Shown: positions 1 to 12,729 of the stretch, piece after piece
How the letters are laid out: every line of letters starts with the position of its first letter
Position numbering within the stretch: the first letter of the stretch is position 1
Assembly (NCBI RefSeq): GCF_018350175.1
Contig: NC_058368.1
Coordinates: forward strand, 178,376,001-178,440,000
DNA length: 64,000 nt
Source of the DNA: Felis catus
Taxonomy: Eukaryota
Direction of reading: 5' to 3'
Position numbers and translations under genes: made by a program
The notes under the pieces: generated by a model
What the model was told of the DNA's origin: nothing
Databases searched by the model: none
The model's input: only the letters and a program-made list of their open reading frames with translations

Positions 1-196
1 AAATTCCTTTACACCTTCTGACTTCTTGCCTGACCTCCTGTATGATCTCCTAATCTGACTGATCTCTTACCCTCCTTGTGTCCTCTTAACTCAATCTCTA
101 GTCTGACCTCTTTTTCTCCTGACTTCCCATCTGATATTTGGTCTGGGCTCTAACTCTCTCATCTCCCGTATCCCGCTTCTTACTCATCCTTTAGAC

Positions 197-402
197 CAAG
201 GTTTCCCTCCTTTGGGCTTTTGGGACCAGATAATTCTTTGTGGTAGAAGGAGGTCCTGTCATTGTAGAATATTTAGCAGTACATGTGGTCTCTACTTTCT
301 AAATACCAGTAGCACCCCCACCCCAGTTGTGATAGTCAAACACACTTCCAAATAGTCTCCAGAATTCTCAGGGGTAAAATCCCTCTATGTTGAGAACCAG
401 TG
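197..402 (-). mobile_element. MER20-like hAT-Charlie DNA transposon relic
   Basis: gataattctttgt...cattgtagaatatttagcag...ccagtagcacccccaccccagttgtga...ttgagaaccagtg follows the recalled MER20 reverse complement, including its terminal motif. Confidence 0.8.
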
Positions 403-941
403 CCTCTCACCTGAGTGCCTGCCCCTGCACCTTAGGCACTGACCTGTATTTCATTGTCTACAACAATTGGGACTTGTGCACTTCTGTTTCCAGCTCTTCT
501 AGGTGACAAGTATTCCCAGTGCCCAAGCTACAAACCCCTGCCTTCCAGAATCAGATTATGCTTCTGAATATCCAGCTGCTTATCATAGATTTTGTGTTCT
601 CCATACTCCATGCCATAGCTTCCTGCTTCCTGATTCTTTGTGCTTGTTTTCCTCCTTTTCCTGGTTTATGGTTTTGGATTTTAATAACCAGTTCTGTTTC
701 TCAGGTGCTTTGGGTGGGTCATTAATTTCATGGTGCTCCACTCTTGTTAACAGCACTGCCTCTGACAATCAGGGACCCATCTAACCTCCATCCTTACCTT
801 CCTCTGCCTTGTTTTTTTTGCTTCAGCCCAAACCTTCTTCACTGGTCCAGTCTCCAAGAGAGAAATTAACAGTGGTCCATGCACCAATGTAGACTATGAG
901 GTCTCTGAACGATTGCAGATCTGTTTCCCAGGGGGAGTGAG

Positions 942-1062
942 ACAGCATGGTGTTGGGGGGAGAGCATGGGTATTGAAAACATACACTTCTAAGCCCTGTC
1001 CTGGTCCCTCCAGTCTTTGTATGACTTTGGGCCAGTCACTGAATCTCTTGGAGGCTCAGTTT
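942..1062 (+). mobile_element. MIR SINE fragment
   Basis: tgtatgactttgggccagtcactgaatctcttggaggctcagttt core. Confidence 0.6.
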
Positions 1063-1287
1063 AATGCAATCATCCCCTTTTCCTTGAAAAAATTAAATGT
1101 AAATACATAAGGCCACAGATAGCTCAGAATTAGAAGACAAGTCTCCTTCCATAATTGTTTTCTTCCAGAATCCATACTGATAATATACTATTGTTAATAT
1201 ATGTTCTGTACTTGCCTCATTTTTGTCATCTTCTTACATAGTAGGCATCTTAACATTGTACTGTGTCGTGTGGAGACAAGACACTTG

Positions 1288-1450
1288 GATTTAAATGCAG
1301 TATCTAATTATTCCTCCCAACAATCCTGGAAGACAGGTATTATTTCTTCCCATTTTTCAGATGAGGAATTTGAGGCCACCAGGTCTCATAGGCAGAAAGT
1401 GGCAGGGCCAGGGTTATAATCTTAATTCTCCCTACTTAAAACACATGCTT
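1288..1450 (-). mobile_element. MIR SINE fragment
   Basis: caacaatcctggaagacaggtattatttcttcccatttttcagatgaggaatttgaggc. Confidence 0.7.
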
Positions 1451-3210
1451 TGAAACAAAAAGCATATTGCTTCCCACATAAAGCAGATATGCACCAAAGC
1501 ATTCAGAAACACCAGAATCATGTTCCAAATTAATGGATGTGAATGAGATAATGTATGTAAAGTGCCTAACAGTGCCTGGCACACAATACTTAACAAATGT
1601 CAATTCTTCTCCTTACCTATTTTTTGGGTGGGGGAGGGTAATAAATGGAAACTGTGAGTTTTTTAAAGACAGCAGAAGACCTTTGTAAGTTCTTCCCCCT
1701 CCCCAGCCACACTCCCCACTGAGCTCTTGGTTCTTTTAGGCAGAGGTGGTATGTGTCCCTATGCTTCCTGCAGCACCTCAGAGAAGGTTTAATAAATACT
1801 TATCGATTTGACCATTGATTAAAGCAGCACTGGGGGTGCCAAGTCACCTCTGTGGTGGCTCCGTGGGGAGCAGTGGGGCTAGTGTGCTGGTCCATGGCTG
1901 CTCTCAGACAAGGGCGTTTGCATAACTGGAACGTGCTGTCCCCATCTTTAATAAAGATCCGAGCGTCACTAATTGGCAGGCAGAGGCTGTGTTCTCTCCA
2001 TGGGAATCAGAAGGGAGCAGAATGTGTCCTGAATGTTAATTTTCTCTGCAGCCTGCACTTGAAGGTGGGGGATGAGAAGGGGAGAGGAAGAAGGGCCGAG
2101 GGGCACTATGCACTCTATACACGGAACTCCTGTCTGGTGGCCATCTCATTAAAATATCCTGAAGTAAAATTAAAAAGACATAGAATTTGGAGCCAGGTAA
2201 CTTGTTTTAAATTTCTGAATGTATTTCTTACAAGCTAAGTCAGAAACAAATCTCTCTTGGCCTCAGTTTCTGTATCTGTCAAATGAAAGTAAAATGATAA
2301 TAAGTGTAACCAGAAAAACATGTATTGAATGAATGAAAACTGATAGATATTGCAAAGGGATGAGGCATCAGCAATAAAAACGGCCTATTCTGAAAGAGTG
2401 TAAGCAGGAAAAAGTCTCACAAAAATACAAATAAAAAATAATGACAAACCACATGCAGGCTTCCGGGTGAGGCTGGACAAGGGTATGTTGCCTCCCGTGG
2501 TAAAGAGCAACATCATGTCCTAGCCCTGTGGTGCCCGGGGTTGAACAATTACAGGAGGTGCTTTTAAAGATATGGACTTATAGTCTGCAGCTCTGAAGAG
2601 AGTGTTGTTCAATCAGCCAAGGAGGGCAGGAAGAATCCAGGAATCTGAATTTTTATCTGTGCCTCCTGCAATTCACCCTATAGGCAATGCTTATTCGGTA
2701 CCATGGTCAACACCACCTCACGGCACTTTCTCTGCTACCAAATACGACCAAATGGAAAGATACAGGGAAGATGCTGTTCAATTAAATGTTCTCAATTTAT
2801 CCTCCAGGACCCTTAGGGACATTTAAGAATATCTGAGCAGGGGTGAGATAATCAGATAAGAAGAAAAGTATGGTGCTATGATTTTTAAACACCTGAACAG
2901 GAGCACAGTTTTTAATATGCTAATAGCATCAGCTACTGAGTTAATATACACTGTGCCTTATCAAACATGCATAACTATAGCAATTAAAAGTGAGGAAATA
3001 TAAAATTATCAATAGAAGGCCAATGGTTTTTTCTGTATCTGTGATAACCATTTGTGTACCCTTGGGGTACGGGCTCCTCATTTTAATAATGACCGCTGTT
3101 GAAGATTCAGCAGACTTTAATGTGCATCTAATCCTTGATGTGTTGTTCACTGTGTGCTATGACAGCAATGAAGTAAGGAGGACGTGGGGTAGTTGGGGAC
3201 TATGCATACG

Positions 3211-3235
3211 TGTGTGTGTGTGTGTGTGTGTGTGT
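3211..3235. repeat. (TG)12 microsatellite
   Basis: Read directly. Confidence 0.95.
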
Positions 3236-4424
3236 AAGAACAGTGTTTGGAGGCAAGGATGTATTGAGATAAGAAACTTCTTAAATATATACAGAATCAT
3301 AAAATGTCCTCTTCTAAATTGTGTGCATATTCCTTTGCATTCTTCCACAAGTAAGGTAAAGGAAAGAGGGAGACTAAGGAAGACTTTAACTGTCTCTTTT
3401 ATGCCAAATACTTGCGTAGATCCCCCACCTTAGAAATCCCAGGCCAGACTGTGAGGTGCCTGGGGAAGAACAGGAGAGGAAGCTCAGTGCATGGGCAGGT
3501 GGTGTCAGGGTTATAAAAATTGAATGCAGGACTGCGAGCCTGTGTCCAGCAGGCTCTGAGTACCCCGTCATGCAGTTCCATCAATAACAGCCACTGGGAT
3601 GTAATTCCAGTAAACTGAGCAACTGATTGATCCGCAGTCAGAACACTCACTACACTCATTCCTTCCCCCGCTGTGCCTACATGGTTGGGCAGTGCAAACT
3701 GTACCCCAGCCAAGGCGGAGAGCAGCAGCACCTGCTAAATCAACAGGCAAGAGAGTCACTTCCACTCCGGGAGAGGCTTCTGACCAAGAACAGGGATGAG
3801 TAAATGACAGATTGGTGGATGCAAGACAGGGAAGCTCTGGGTTTCTTGGGCTCTCCTAGCAAGTCTCCAGCACTTCCCAAGACTGGAAGGGCATATTATG
3901 AGGGAACCAGATCTGTGTGTGGAGGGGTGTGGGCAGGGTGAGAAATGCCTCTGGAAACCAAACCAAAAGGCTAAAACTTTGGAGCCCTGGGCTCCCCTTC
4001 CAGAATGGAGGAGAAGATGGACACTGCCTTGGGGCCAGGACTGTAGGAAGCCACAGCACTACACCTGGCCCCATGTGTGATTCCAGGGCCTGAACCCCAT
4101 TCTGGGCAGATGTCCCATTTGCTATGTTTCATTCTCTACCTGCAGCGTGGAGCCCTGGGCTCAGGAAGACATATTCCTCTGTACTACAATTCCAGGAAAG
4201 TTTAAATGCAAATTTGCCCTGTGTTGAAAGGACTCTTGAGAAAATGGAGCATGCTGTTCTCAGACTCAGTGGCTCAGGGGCTGAGAGACAGCATGCAAGG
4301 GAGGAGGGAGTGAGGTACCTGTAGGATTCTAGGCTTTGAAAAGGGTTCTTGCAAAATAAATATACTTGCAGGGACCCACTGGACTTTGGAACTGGACAAG
4401 GGGAGAGAAGCTGGAGAAGACATC

Positions 4425-4530
4425 CACCAAATGTTCACCAAGTGTCTGTTATGTGTCAAGCACGCTTCCCACCACTGGGAACACAGTAGTGAATAAGACA
4501 GATGAGGTCCCTGCTCTCACAGGGCCCATG
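4425..4530 (-). mobile_element. L2 3'-end fragment
   Basis: gggaacacagtagtgaataagacagatgaggtccctgctctcac is typical of the L2 3' end in reverse. Confidence 0.65.
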
Positions 4531-5749
4531 TGCCGGTGGCAGAACCCCAAACAGTCGTGTGGTCCCTGTGTGGTCCCTGGACACAGATTTCACAGCGAAG
4601 CTGTTATGTCCATGTCACTGACCACTCATTGATTCCTTGTCCCTAAGTACTCCTAGGCTCACCCCTAGCTTCACACTAGTGTTGGGCCCTCTGCCTAGAA
4701 CTCCGTCTGCCTCTGATCTGCCTTGCAAATGCATGTTTGTTCTTTCTGTCTGCCTTTATTTGAGGTCCCCTGGGAGCTCCCCCTGTCATCCTTGCTGGGC
4801 CAGCTGCCTGTGCACCCATCTACCTTAGCATTTGCCTTTTCTATTTGTCTTTGAAAACATAATGCACTCCTTGGGGCCGGGTCTGAGTCCTCATCATTTT
4901 GTAGCCTTGGTTCCTAGGGTAAGGTGTCCCACCCAGTGGGAACTCAATTAATAAGTACTGCATTGAACTGAATAGACTATCCTAGTGTACCCACTGCGTG
5001 CCAAACACTGTGCATGCCAAGCATGATGGGTGGCAGGGAGATGAATCAAACACGTGCCCCCTGCGTCAAGAAGCTCCCAGTCCAGTGAAGGGTGATCAGC
5101 AGAGACTTTGCACCTAAGAGATAAGTGCAAGATGAGCTTCAAGCAATGTCCCGAACGGGCAGGCGTAAGAGCAGAAGAAGGCCAACGCTGCCTCTGATCT
5201 TGCCTCCCACAAGTCCCCTTCATACACCTGCTCCGGTCCCCCTTGTGCAAAGCCTTGCTCCTGGCCTGGCGCCATCCCCCTCCCTGACTCTTTTCATGAG
5301 GTCCTCCAAGCCTGCGTGCTCTCACAGCCACCTCAGCCCACTCAGAGTCTGCCCACCCCTAATGTCACGGTCACTGTGGCTGCCGTGTCATCTGCATGCC
5401 GATAGCCCTCAGTGGGGCTGGCAGTGCAGGCAGGAGGGCAACGCTTATCTGAGGATCTAGGGGCCGGCCAAGCAGAACAGGGACTTTTTAATTGACATTT
5501 AAATGTCAATGCACCACATTAAATGTTATGGGTGTTTCATTGCAGCCTGAGAGGAGCATAAACACATCTCCAGCTCCTTAATCACTGCCCACATTAATTA
5601 CAGATGCCCTTTAGTAAGTGGAAACAAACCACTGCAGATGCTATACTCCAGCCAGGAGGCTGGGTTCCTGTCTGCTGGACATCAGGAAAGTCTATGTTGT
5701 ATAGGGTGCTTGGCCTGGCCACTGGGACCCAGAGGGGATCTTTTCTAAT

Positions 5750-6070
5750 GAGGAGGATGGACAGTTAGAGACAGAAGTACAGAGAGACCAGCAGAGAGGG
5801 AGAAGCAGGGGAGAAGGAGTAGGAGAGGTAAAGGGAGAAGCAGAGAGACGGATGGGGAGGAAGAGAGAGAGCTGAAGCAGGTGGAGAGGGAGAAGCAGAG
5901 TGAAAACCACTGAGAGGAAGAGCATTAGGGACCAAAGGAAACAAGGTGAAGGCAAGAGACAGCTTAGATAGAAAAAGACAGAGCAAGGCAGACGAAGACA
6001 GAAAAAAGACACAAGCATACACAGAGAGGGACAGAGGAAAACTAACAGAAAGAAGAGAAAGAGACAATGT
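5750..6070. repeat. GA-rich purine low-complexity tract
   Basis: ~320 bp of AG/GAGA/GAAG motifs with few pyrimidines. Confidence 0.85.
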
Positions 6071-8899
6071 CCAAGAAGAATTAGTCTCTAAATGAAATGT
6101 TTCTTACTAGACAGTCCTGAAAATTCTGGAAATCTCTGAGACACACACAAGCTGCCCGCCCCCTGCTGCCAAGATTGGATCACCCTGATTCCTGGGGGTA
6201 GGGGAGTGGGGAGACAGAACTACTGGCTAACATAAGGTGGTCCTGGGAGGGAGAAGGCCAGCAAACTCACAACACTGTACTGTGTGCCAGGGAAGTCCCA
6301 CTGTCCTCATGAGGCCCAAGGTCACAGGGTGAGATGCCTAGGTCACAGGCAGTGTTGAGCCTAAAACCCAAGGTTTGTCTTTTCCAAGGCTTTTGCCACA
6401 AGCCGGTGTACCTGTCCAGACATTCTGGTTCTCCCCTTTGATCAGATCTGAACACTGACCCCATGTTTTTATGCTTTCAACCAAGATCCAGGTTGGGGTA
6501 ACAAGTGCTGGGGCACACACAGCCCGCTGGGTCCAGTCGTTGAGAAGAGAACAGATAATTCTCTTAAGAAGCTTTCTGCTGCAGGGTCTGGAGACTGAGA
6601 GGTGAAACTGGAATATGGGTGATGGGTTGGCTTACTGAGCTCTGCCTGCCCCCTACAGCCCAGACTACCCTAAAAGACTTGGCTCTTCCTGATAGTTCCC
6701 TGGCTGTTGCTCAGTGCTGGCTCCACAGAAAGAGTTTAGGAAACTTCTAGAACGTGTTTTACTCTGACCACCAGCATTACTTATCAACTGTAAATTTTGT
6801 CTCATAATTTTTTTTTTTTTTGCAAATCAGTTGAATTACACAAAATGAATCTACGTAATATATGTCTATGTTGCCAAGCATACCATGGAACATCATCTAT
6901 GAACTACCTCTATCCCCAGTTTTGGAAACAGAACAGTGACAAAGTAGCTGAATGTTCCCTGGGAGACACTGTTGGCCTTATTTATATGGATAAGAGATAA
7001 GCAGTAGGGAACAGGGGGTGTGAAAAGATGGTCAGAGGGGTTAGAATGGCAATGAAGACACTGTCTGGGGCTCAGGATGAGATGAGGTCTTGCTTAGTTG
7101 TGGGCATCTGTCCATGCTGAAGTGGTTTTATACAGACCCGTGATACACCTGTCTAATGGCTTTACCATTGTCAGGCAACTAAGTTCATTTACCCTAACTT
7201 GCACTAAAGCCCTCTTGGATCCTGCCCAAGAACACGGGGCATGCAGAGGTAAGATGCCTAGGAACCTTTCTTTGAAGGCCCTCAGCCTAGAGGGAAGGAC
7301 TGACAATAAACAGGCTTTGATAGCACACAATTTCCAGGATAGTAGAAGGGGTATGGGTCTGAAAGACCCCAAAGTAAGACTTTGCCTGGAGAAGACAGAG
7401 TTTAACAGAGGAAGGGATTTGGGGGTTGGACTTTGAAGGATGAACAGGAGTCTGCCTACTGGCCAAGGATATGGTAGGGCCAGCCTAAGCAGTAGACAGA
7501 AAAGGTGTGGAGTTATGAAGTTTGAGGAACTATGGCACGTTGGCCTACAGTTCCTATGCTAAGTACTGGGGAGGAAGCCATAGCATGTGTTCTGGTTGCG
7601 TAGGTAATTTGACCCATATGCACATAACTGTGGGTATATTGTGATAGCTTAAATAAGAATGATTATAAACAATGCTTTGGGACTACAGAATTTTGAAAAT
7701 AACGCATTTAGCTTTACCTCTATCAAATCTGTAAAGGAGTTTATGTGGTCAGAGAGAGGAATTAATTCTGTCTATAGTGATTGTGGCTGCTGCCTTGAGG
7801 AATGATATTTAAGCTGGGATTGGGAAGAGAATTCTCAAGAGCAGATAAGACAAGGTGCCAAATAAAGATACTAGGTATCCCAGGGTAGATCTGCACTAGA
7901 AAATATTCAGAATCAAAGCCTGTCTGAAATGGAAGGCAGGATCATCGTCTTTTTTAATCCTTGTACTTTACAGATGGAGAAACTGAGGCTCTGGCAGGAG
8001 AGAAGACTTGCTTAAGGCCATACAGCTTATTAGGGGCTAACAAGATACAGCCCCATATGTCGATCTGCAATTTATGGGTTAGATTTATAAGCACTTTGTT
8101 TTATTTTATTACATTTGTGTGTCACAGCCGATACCCTTAAGGATTTCTGTTTGTGCTTTTCCAGCTCATTAAAACATAATAATAGACTTGGGGACCATTA
8201 GGGTTTCCCTGAATCAGCACTCAGCTGCCTCTTTCTGGAAAATGCACAGGTGGGCTAGATGGCAGCCCCAGGGTCATTCCCAGCTGGTCCCAGGGGCTAC
8301 ACAAGCTGCTACATTGGCAGCTTCTCTGACAGCACAGTCGAGGTCACACTGAGAGGCCTCCTGAGACCTTGGTTGGAGGCACTCTGTCCACTCCCCACCT
8401 GCTCTGACCTTTTTCTATAGGTGAACTCAGTGTCCAGTGATGCAGCAGGAAGGGATGTTTCCCTGAGGCCCCAGTCAGCTTGCACCTTCTGATTTAGATG
8501 CCAAGAGCAGTTTGAATAATGAGCATATTTGACCGTAGTTCTTTACTTCTTAGTTCATGGTCACAACCACCTGGGAGATGTAGCCATTTTATAAAAGCCC
8601 AGGGAAGAAAGGGGGCTTGGCTAGGGCACACAACCAGGGAGGAGCAGAAATGAGACTTGTTGCCCAAGTCCACGTAACTTTAAGTACAGTGTTCTTTCCT
8701 AAGCCAGAATGTCTATAATATGCTTGTAGACAAGAGACAGCATGGGTACTAAGTGTGGAAAGACGAAGAGTAGCCGTAATAAAGGCTAGCAATTATTTAA
8801 GGCACCAATATGCTAGATGCTGTTCCAAGTACTTTCTTTACCTTTCTCCTCTCACTTAACCTTCCTAACAACTTTATGCTAGAAAATCCAGACAAAGCC

Positions 8900-9280
8900 C
8901 AAACTTCTCACTGTGATTGCAGAGCCCTCTATTCTATGATCCCTGGCTATTCTCCAATTTCATTTGTACATTTTTCTCCCTCAGCCAGTCCAGCTACTCT
9001 TGCCTCCCTCTTGTTCCTCAAACATGCTCCTACCTCAGGGCCTTTGTACGAGCTGCTCCCTCTGCCTGGAAATGCTGCTATTTCTAATGGCTATATGCCT
9101 CAGATACCACATTCACAAAGAAGCCTTCCCTGATCCCTACCAGCACTATTTCACAATCTTGGAATTGTTTGTCCCTAAGAGGACAGGGGCCACAGTGTTC
9201 ATTGTTGAGTGCCTAACTTCAAGCACAAAGTTGGGCACACAACAGGGGCCTCAGTAAATGCTTGTTGCATGAGCTGCATG
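8900..9280 (+). mobile_element. L2 3' region
   Basis: ttgttcctcaaacatgctcctacctcagggcctttg...ctctgcctggaaatgct; ends with ctcagtaaatgcttgttgcatga. Confidence 0.7.
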
Positions 9281-9542
9281 AAGAATGCCAGGGGGGGCAA
9301 GAGAGGAAGAGGTAAGGGAAAGAAGACACGAGGTACCGGAACCACCCACCTGTCGCCACTCTTCCTGGTCACACTTCTTTGAGATGCCTTCACAACGGAC
9401 GTATCTTTGGGAGAGAAAACTGTTGACCGAAGTTTATCCATATTCATTCCAGAAAATACTTGCCATGCCCTAATAGTGGCTAATAAGAGCACTTAATATG
9501 TGCCATATGTCCTTTCAATGCATGAGTTTGCTTTGTCTTTTT

Positions 9543-9766
9543 AAAAATTTTTTTAATGTTTATTTATATTTGAAAGAGACAGAGAGACAGACAGAGTGAG
9601 AGCAGGGGAGGGGCAGAGAGAGGGAGACACAGAATCGGAAGCAGGCTCCAGGCTCTGAACTGTCAGCACAGAGCCTGATGCAGGGCTTGAACTCATGAAC
9701 TGTGAGATCATGACCTGAGCCAAAGTTGTACGCTCAACTGACTGAGCCAGCCAGGTGTCCCCCCCC
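9543..9766 (-). mobile_element. Can-SINE (SINEC_Fc2-like)
   Basis: tRNA-derived head, (AG)n middle and T-rich tail in reverse; flanking direct repeat tttgctttgtcttttt at 9527-9542 and 9772-9787. Confidence 0.95.
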
Positions 9767-9789
9767 TTTAATTTGCTTTGTCTTTTTGA

Positions 9790-10070
9790 CAACCCCACCA
9801 GGTGGATACCTGTGGAATCCTATTTTGCAGCTCAAGAGCGAGGCCCAGGGGTGCTGAGATACTTGGCCAAGGTCACACCGCTAGCAAGGGGATTGCACAC
9901 TAGAGCTGGAATTGGAGCTTTGGCAGCTTTGACTCTGGAGTCTATGCACTTAACCTCTACGCTCCACGGCCTCTCAAGGAGGTAGAGGGACCTGCTCAAG
10001 GTCACACAGCTAGTATATGGAAACCCTGGGATGTAAACCCAGGTCTGTCCAACTCCTGAGGCCAGATGAC
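9790..10070 (-). mobile_element. MIR fragments (two aaggtcacac-containing segments)
   Basis: ttggccaaggtcacaccgctag and ctcaaggtcacacagctagt...aaacccaggtctgtc. Confidence 0.6.
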
Positions 10071-12729
10071 CCAGGATGTTTTTAACAGGCAACCTCAGTA
10101 ATTGGGATCCAGGCTGCAGATCAGATTAATTCCCCTATATGGCAGCTGGAGTAAGATGATCTAGAAACCTTCTGCTGTATTGAGGGGGGGGGGGGGTCCC
10201 CCAAGTGTCTTTGCTAATCGCAGCTCAGATTCTGGAACAAATGCCCAGGACCTCTCTCACCAAATGAGTCATCCACAGATGGGTCTGGATGGAGACAGTG
10301 AGAAAAGATCCTTCAGACTGGCAGCACTGGGCAGTTGGCTCCAGCCTGCTGACACCAGTCTTCAGGAGAAGGCTCAGTCTGTAGGAGGCGGGGCCACTGA
10401 TCAGTGAGAGGAGGGGAAGTGTAGACAGCGCCTGAAGGTGCTCCCGAGGGTGGGACCACCAGGCAGCGAAGCCAGGGCCTGGACGGCACACGGTGGAGAC
10501 TCCAGGACCCTCCTGAGATTGGCAGCTTAGAGGCGTTCCTCCCCACAATCACCTCTGAAACCATTCCTTAAAGCTCCTCCAAGAAAAGCTCTGGAGGCTG
10601 GGAGCCCTCAGAACGTAACCGATATGGAAAGGGATTTTACAACACGATGGTTCAGACAAACCGTCAGGCCTACCTAAGCCTCACCCCTCATCTGCTGTTC
10701 GACCTGAGGGAAGCAGCTTGGTGAGTCTCATTTTGCTCGTCCATTAAATGGGGACAGGAGCATTTGCTTCATAGGGTCTTGCCAATTAAGTGTACTGATG
10801 TGTTTCACATACCTAATGCTGTGCCCCGTAAATATTTTGTGCTTGGTAACAGTCAACTTGTTGCTATGGTCATTGCTGGAATGGGTCAAAGGTTCCTAGC
10901 AGGCTGGTGGCCCAGCCTTGCCTGGCACTGCGACACAAGGCCAGGTCACAGGGCACCTGGAAGCCAGGCTGAGCTTGGGTAGTGTTTTCAAACCATCAGC
11001 CTTTCCTCAGCAACACCCTTCCCTTGCCTTGTCTTCCTGGTCCCCCTGAATTACGCACAGTGTCAGTAAGTTGGTTCTTCACAGTTCCTAAGCCCTTCTC
11101 AATTTTCCCAAGACTTTCAAAGATGCCATCCAAGTTCGTTTCATGAGAACTCTGAGCCCACTTGCCAGATGAGTTCAACCTCACTATAGAACCCCTGGGC
11201 AGCATGCCTCAGGAGGAAGAATTTGCTCCTGACTTGGCTAGAACTTTCCAGCAGCTACCCAATAGCAGAGCCTGGGGGTGGGGGTGGGGTGGGTGGCATC
11301 CCCAGGACACAATTCCATAAAGCAGAAACAGCAGAAGCAGTGGGGTCAGCTGGTCCTGGTTAGAGTCCTGACGCCACCTTAGCCAACTTTTCCTCTCAGA
11401 GCCTCAGTTTCCCACGGATAATATAGGATGATAATGCTGACCTGGCAGTAGACAGGTACAGAGTAGGTGCTTCATACATGGTGGCTTCTGGAAGGGTAAC
11501 CTCTGTCCTTTTGGAGGCCTTGGTCCTCACCTCAATTCTTCTGCCCTAAAAGGTCTTTCTTGGGAGCAGTTTCCCTAGTGCATGAAGCAGGTGCTCTGAA
11601 GTCCCCCTCGCCCCACGCTGCTGCTGATAATCAGGCTGAGTGGCATGTCTGCATTAACCTGAATCATGGCTGAGCTCAATCTCGGCCTCACTGGTGAACC
11701 TAGGCATGCAGGCTGTTTATTGGTGGAGCAACGGAGCAGCCTGAGTACTCTTGTTCTAAGAAGATGGGGCTGGGAAGGAAAGTGATTCTGCCTCCGCCTG
11801 CCAGCGACGAGGGATAATTACAGTGCTTGTCAAAATAAGATGTGGAGATAGAGCCCATTGCCCGCCAGCCGGCTTCTCAAATCCCCTGGGAATCCCTGGT
11901 TTAATTAAATACCTGCAAATGCACAGCGCTGGGTGTCGGCAACACGCCTGGATTAAAAGTCCACCCCAAATGGAGCCAGGATGAGCACGCTGTCCCCCCC
12001 CCCCCCCCCGCCCCTTCCCTGCACAGGCTCTGGGTGGTGCAGAGGAAGTGGGAGGGGGAAAAGAAAGAGAAGAGAAAAACACAGGAAAGAAACAGACAGT
12101 GTCGAAGAAAGCTCTGGCTGCAGCTGAAGAGATTAAATGGAACATGAAAAGAATTTCCCAACTGGGAAGAGTGCCTGCAAGAAATTTTCTCTCTTGATTA
12201 AGAAAATAAAACTCACATCTTTGAGTTTGGCCATGGGTGGTGAATCTCCATTTGGGAAGGGTTGCTGAGCTGTCAGCCCTGAACCTGGCCTCTAAGATAC
12301 TACAGCTCTTGGAGATTCATTCTCTCATGAGGCCGGCTTCCACCATCCCTCTTGGCCTCCTTCTCCCACCTCAGCCTAGTTTTGGACACAAGATCCATCC
12401 TGTAATCCCGCTGCAGAATGGCCACACTTGGCTACAACATTAGACAAGATAAAACTAAAATCCTGGGATGACAACCGGAAAATAAACACCAATCGTATCT
12501 TGAATCTGGCTGAGCCAGCATGCAAAATGCAACTTCCTCTCAGAGGCTCCCGGGACCTTCTCATCTTTCTTCTCACCAACCAGAGTCCATTCTGGCCCAT
12601 CTCCTGCTGATTCTGGACTGGAGGCCTCAAGCCAATGGCCCAAGGGCTTGATCAGGCCAACCCTCAGATATATTTTCTCTGGGATACAGCCTTTTAAAGA
12701 TCAGTTAGCTTTGTATGACATCTGTATAT

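Noticed and set aside
1..190. Recurrent ctgac/tgacct/tgatct motifs suggesting an array
   Set aside because: Irregular spacing and no conserved unit; best treated as pyrimidine-rich low-complexity sequence cut by the window edge.
10424..10432. REST/NRSE-like motifs (gacagcgcc here, ttcagcacc near 34809, tcagcacgg near 61583)
   Set aside because: Only isolated half-sites; no full RE1 with correct spacing.
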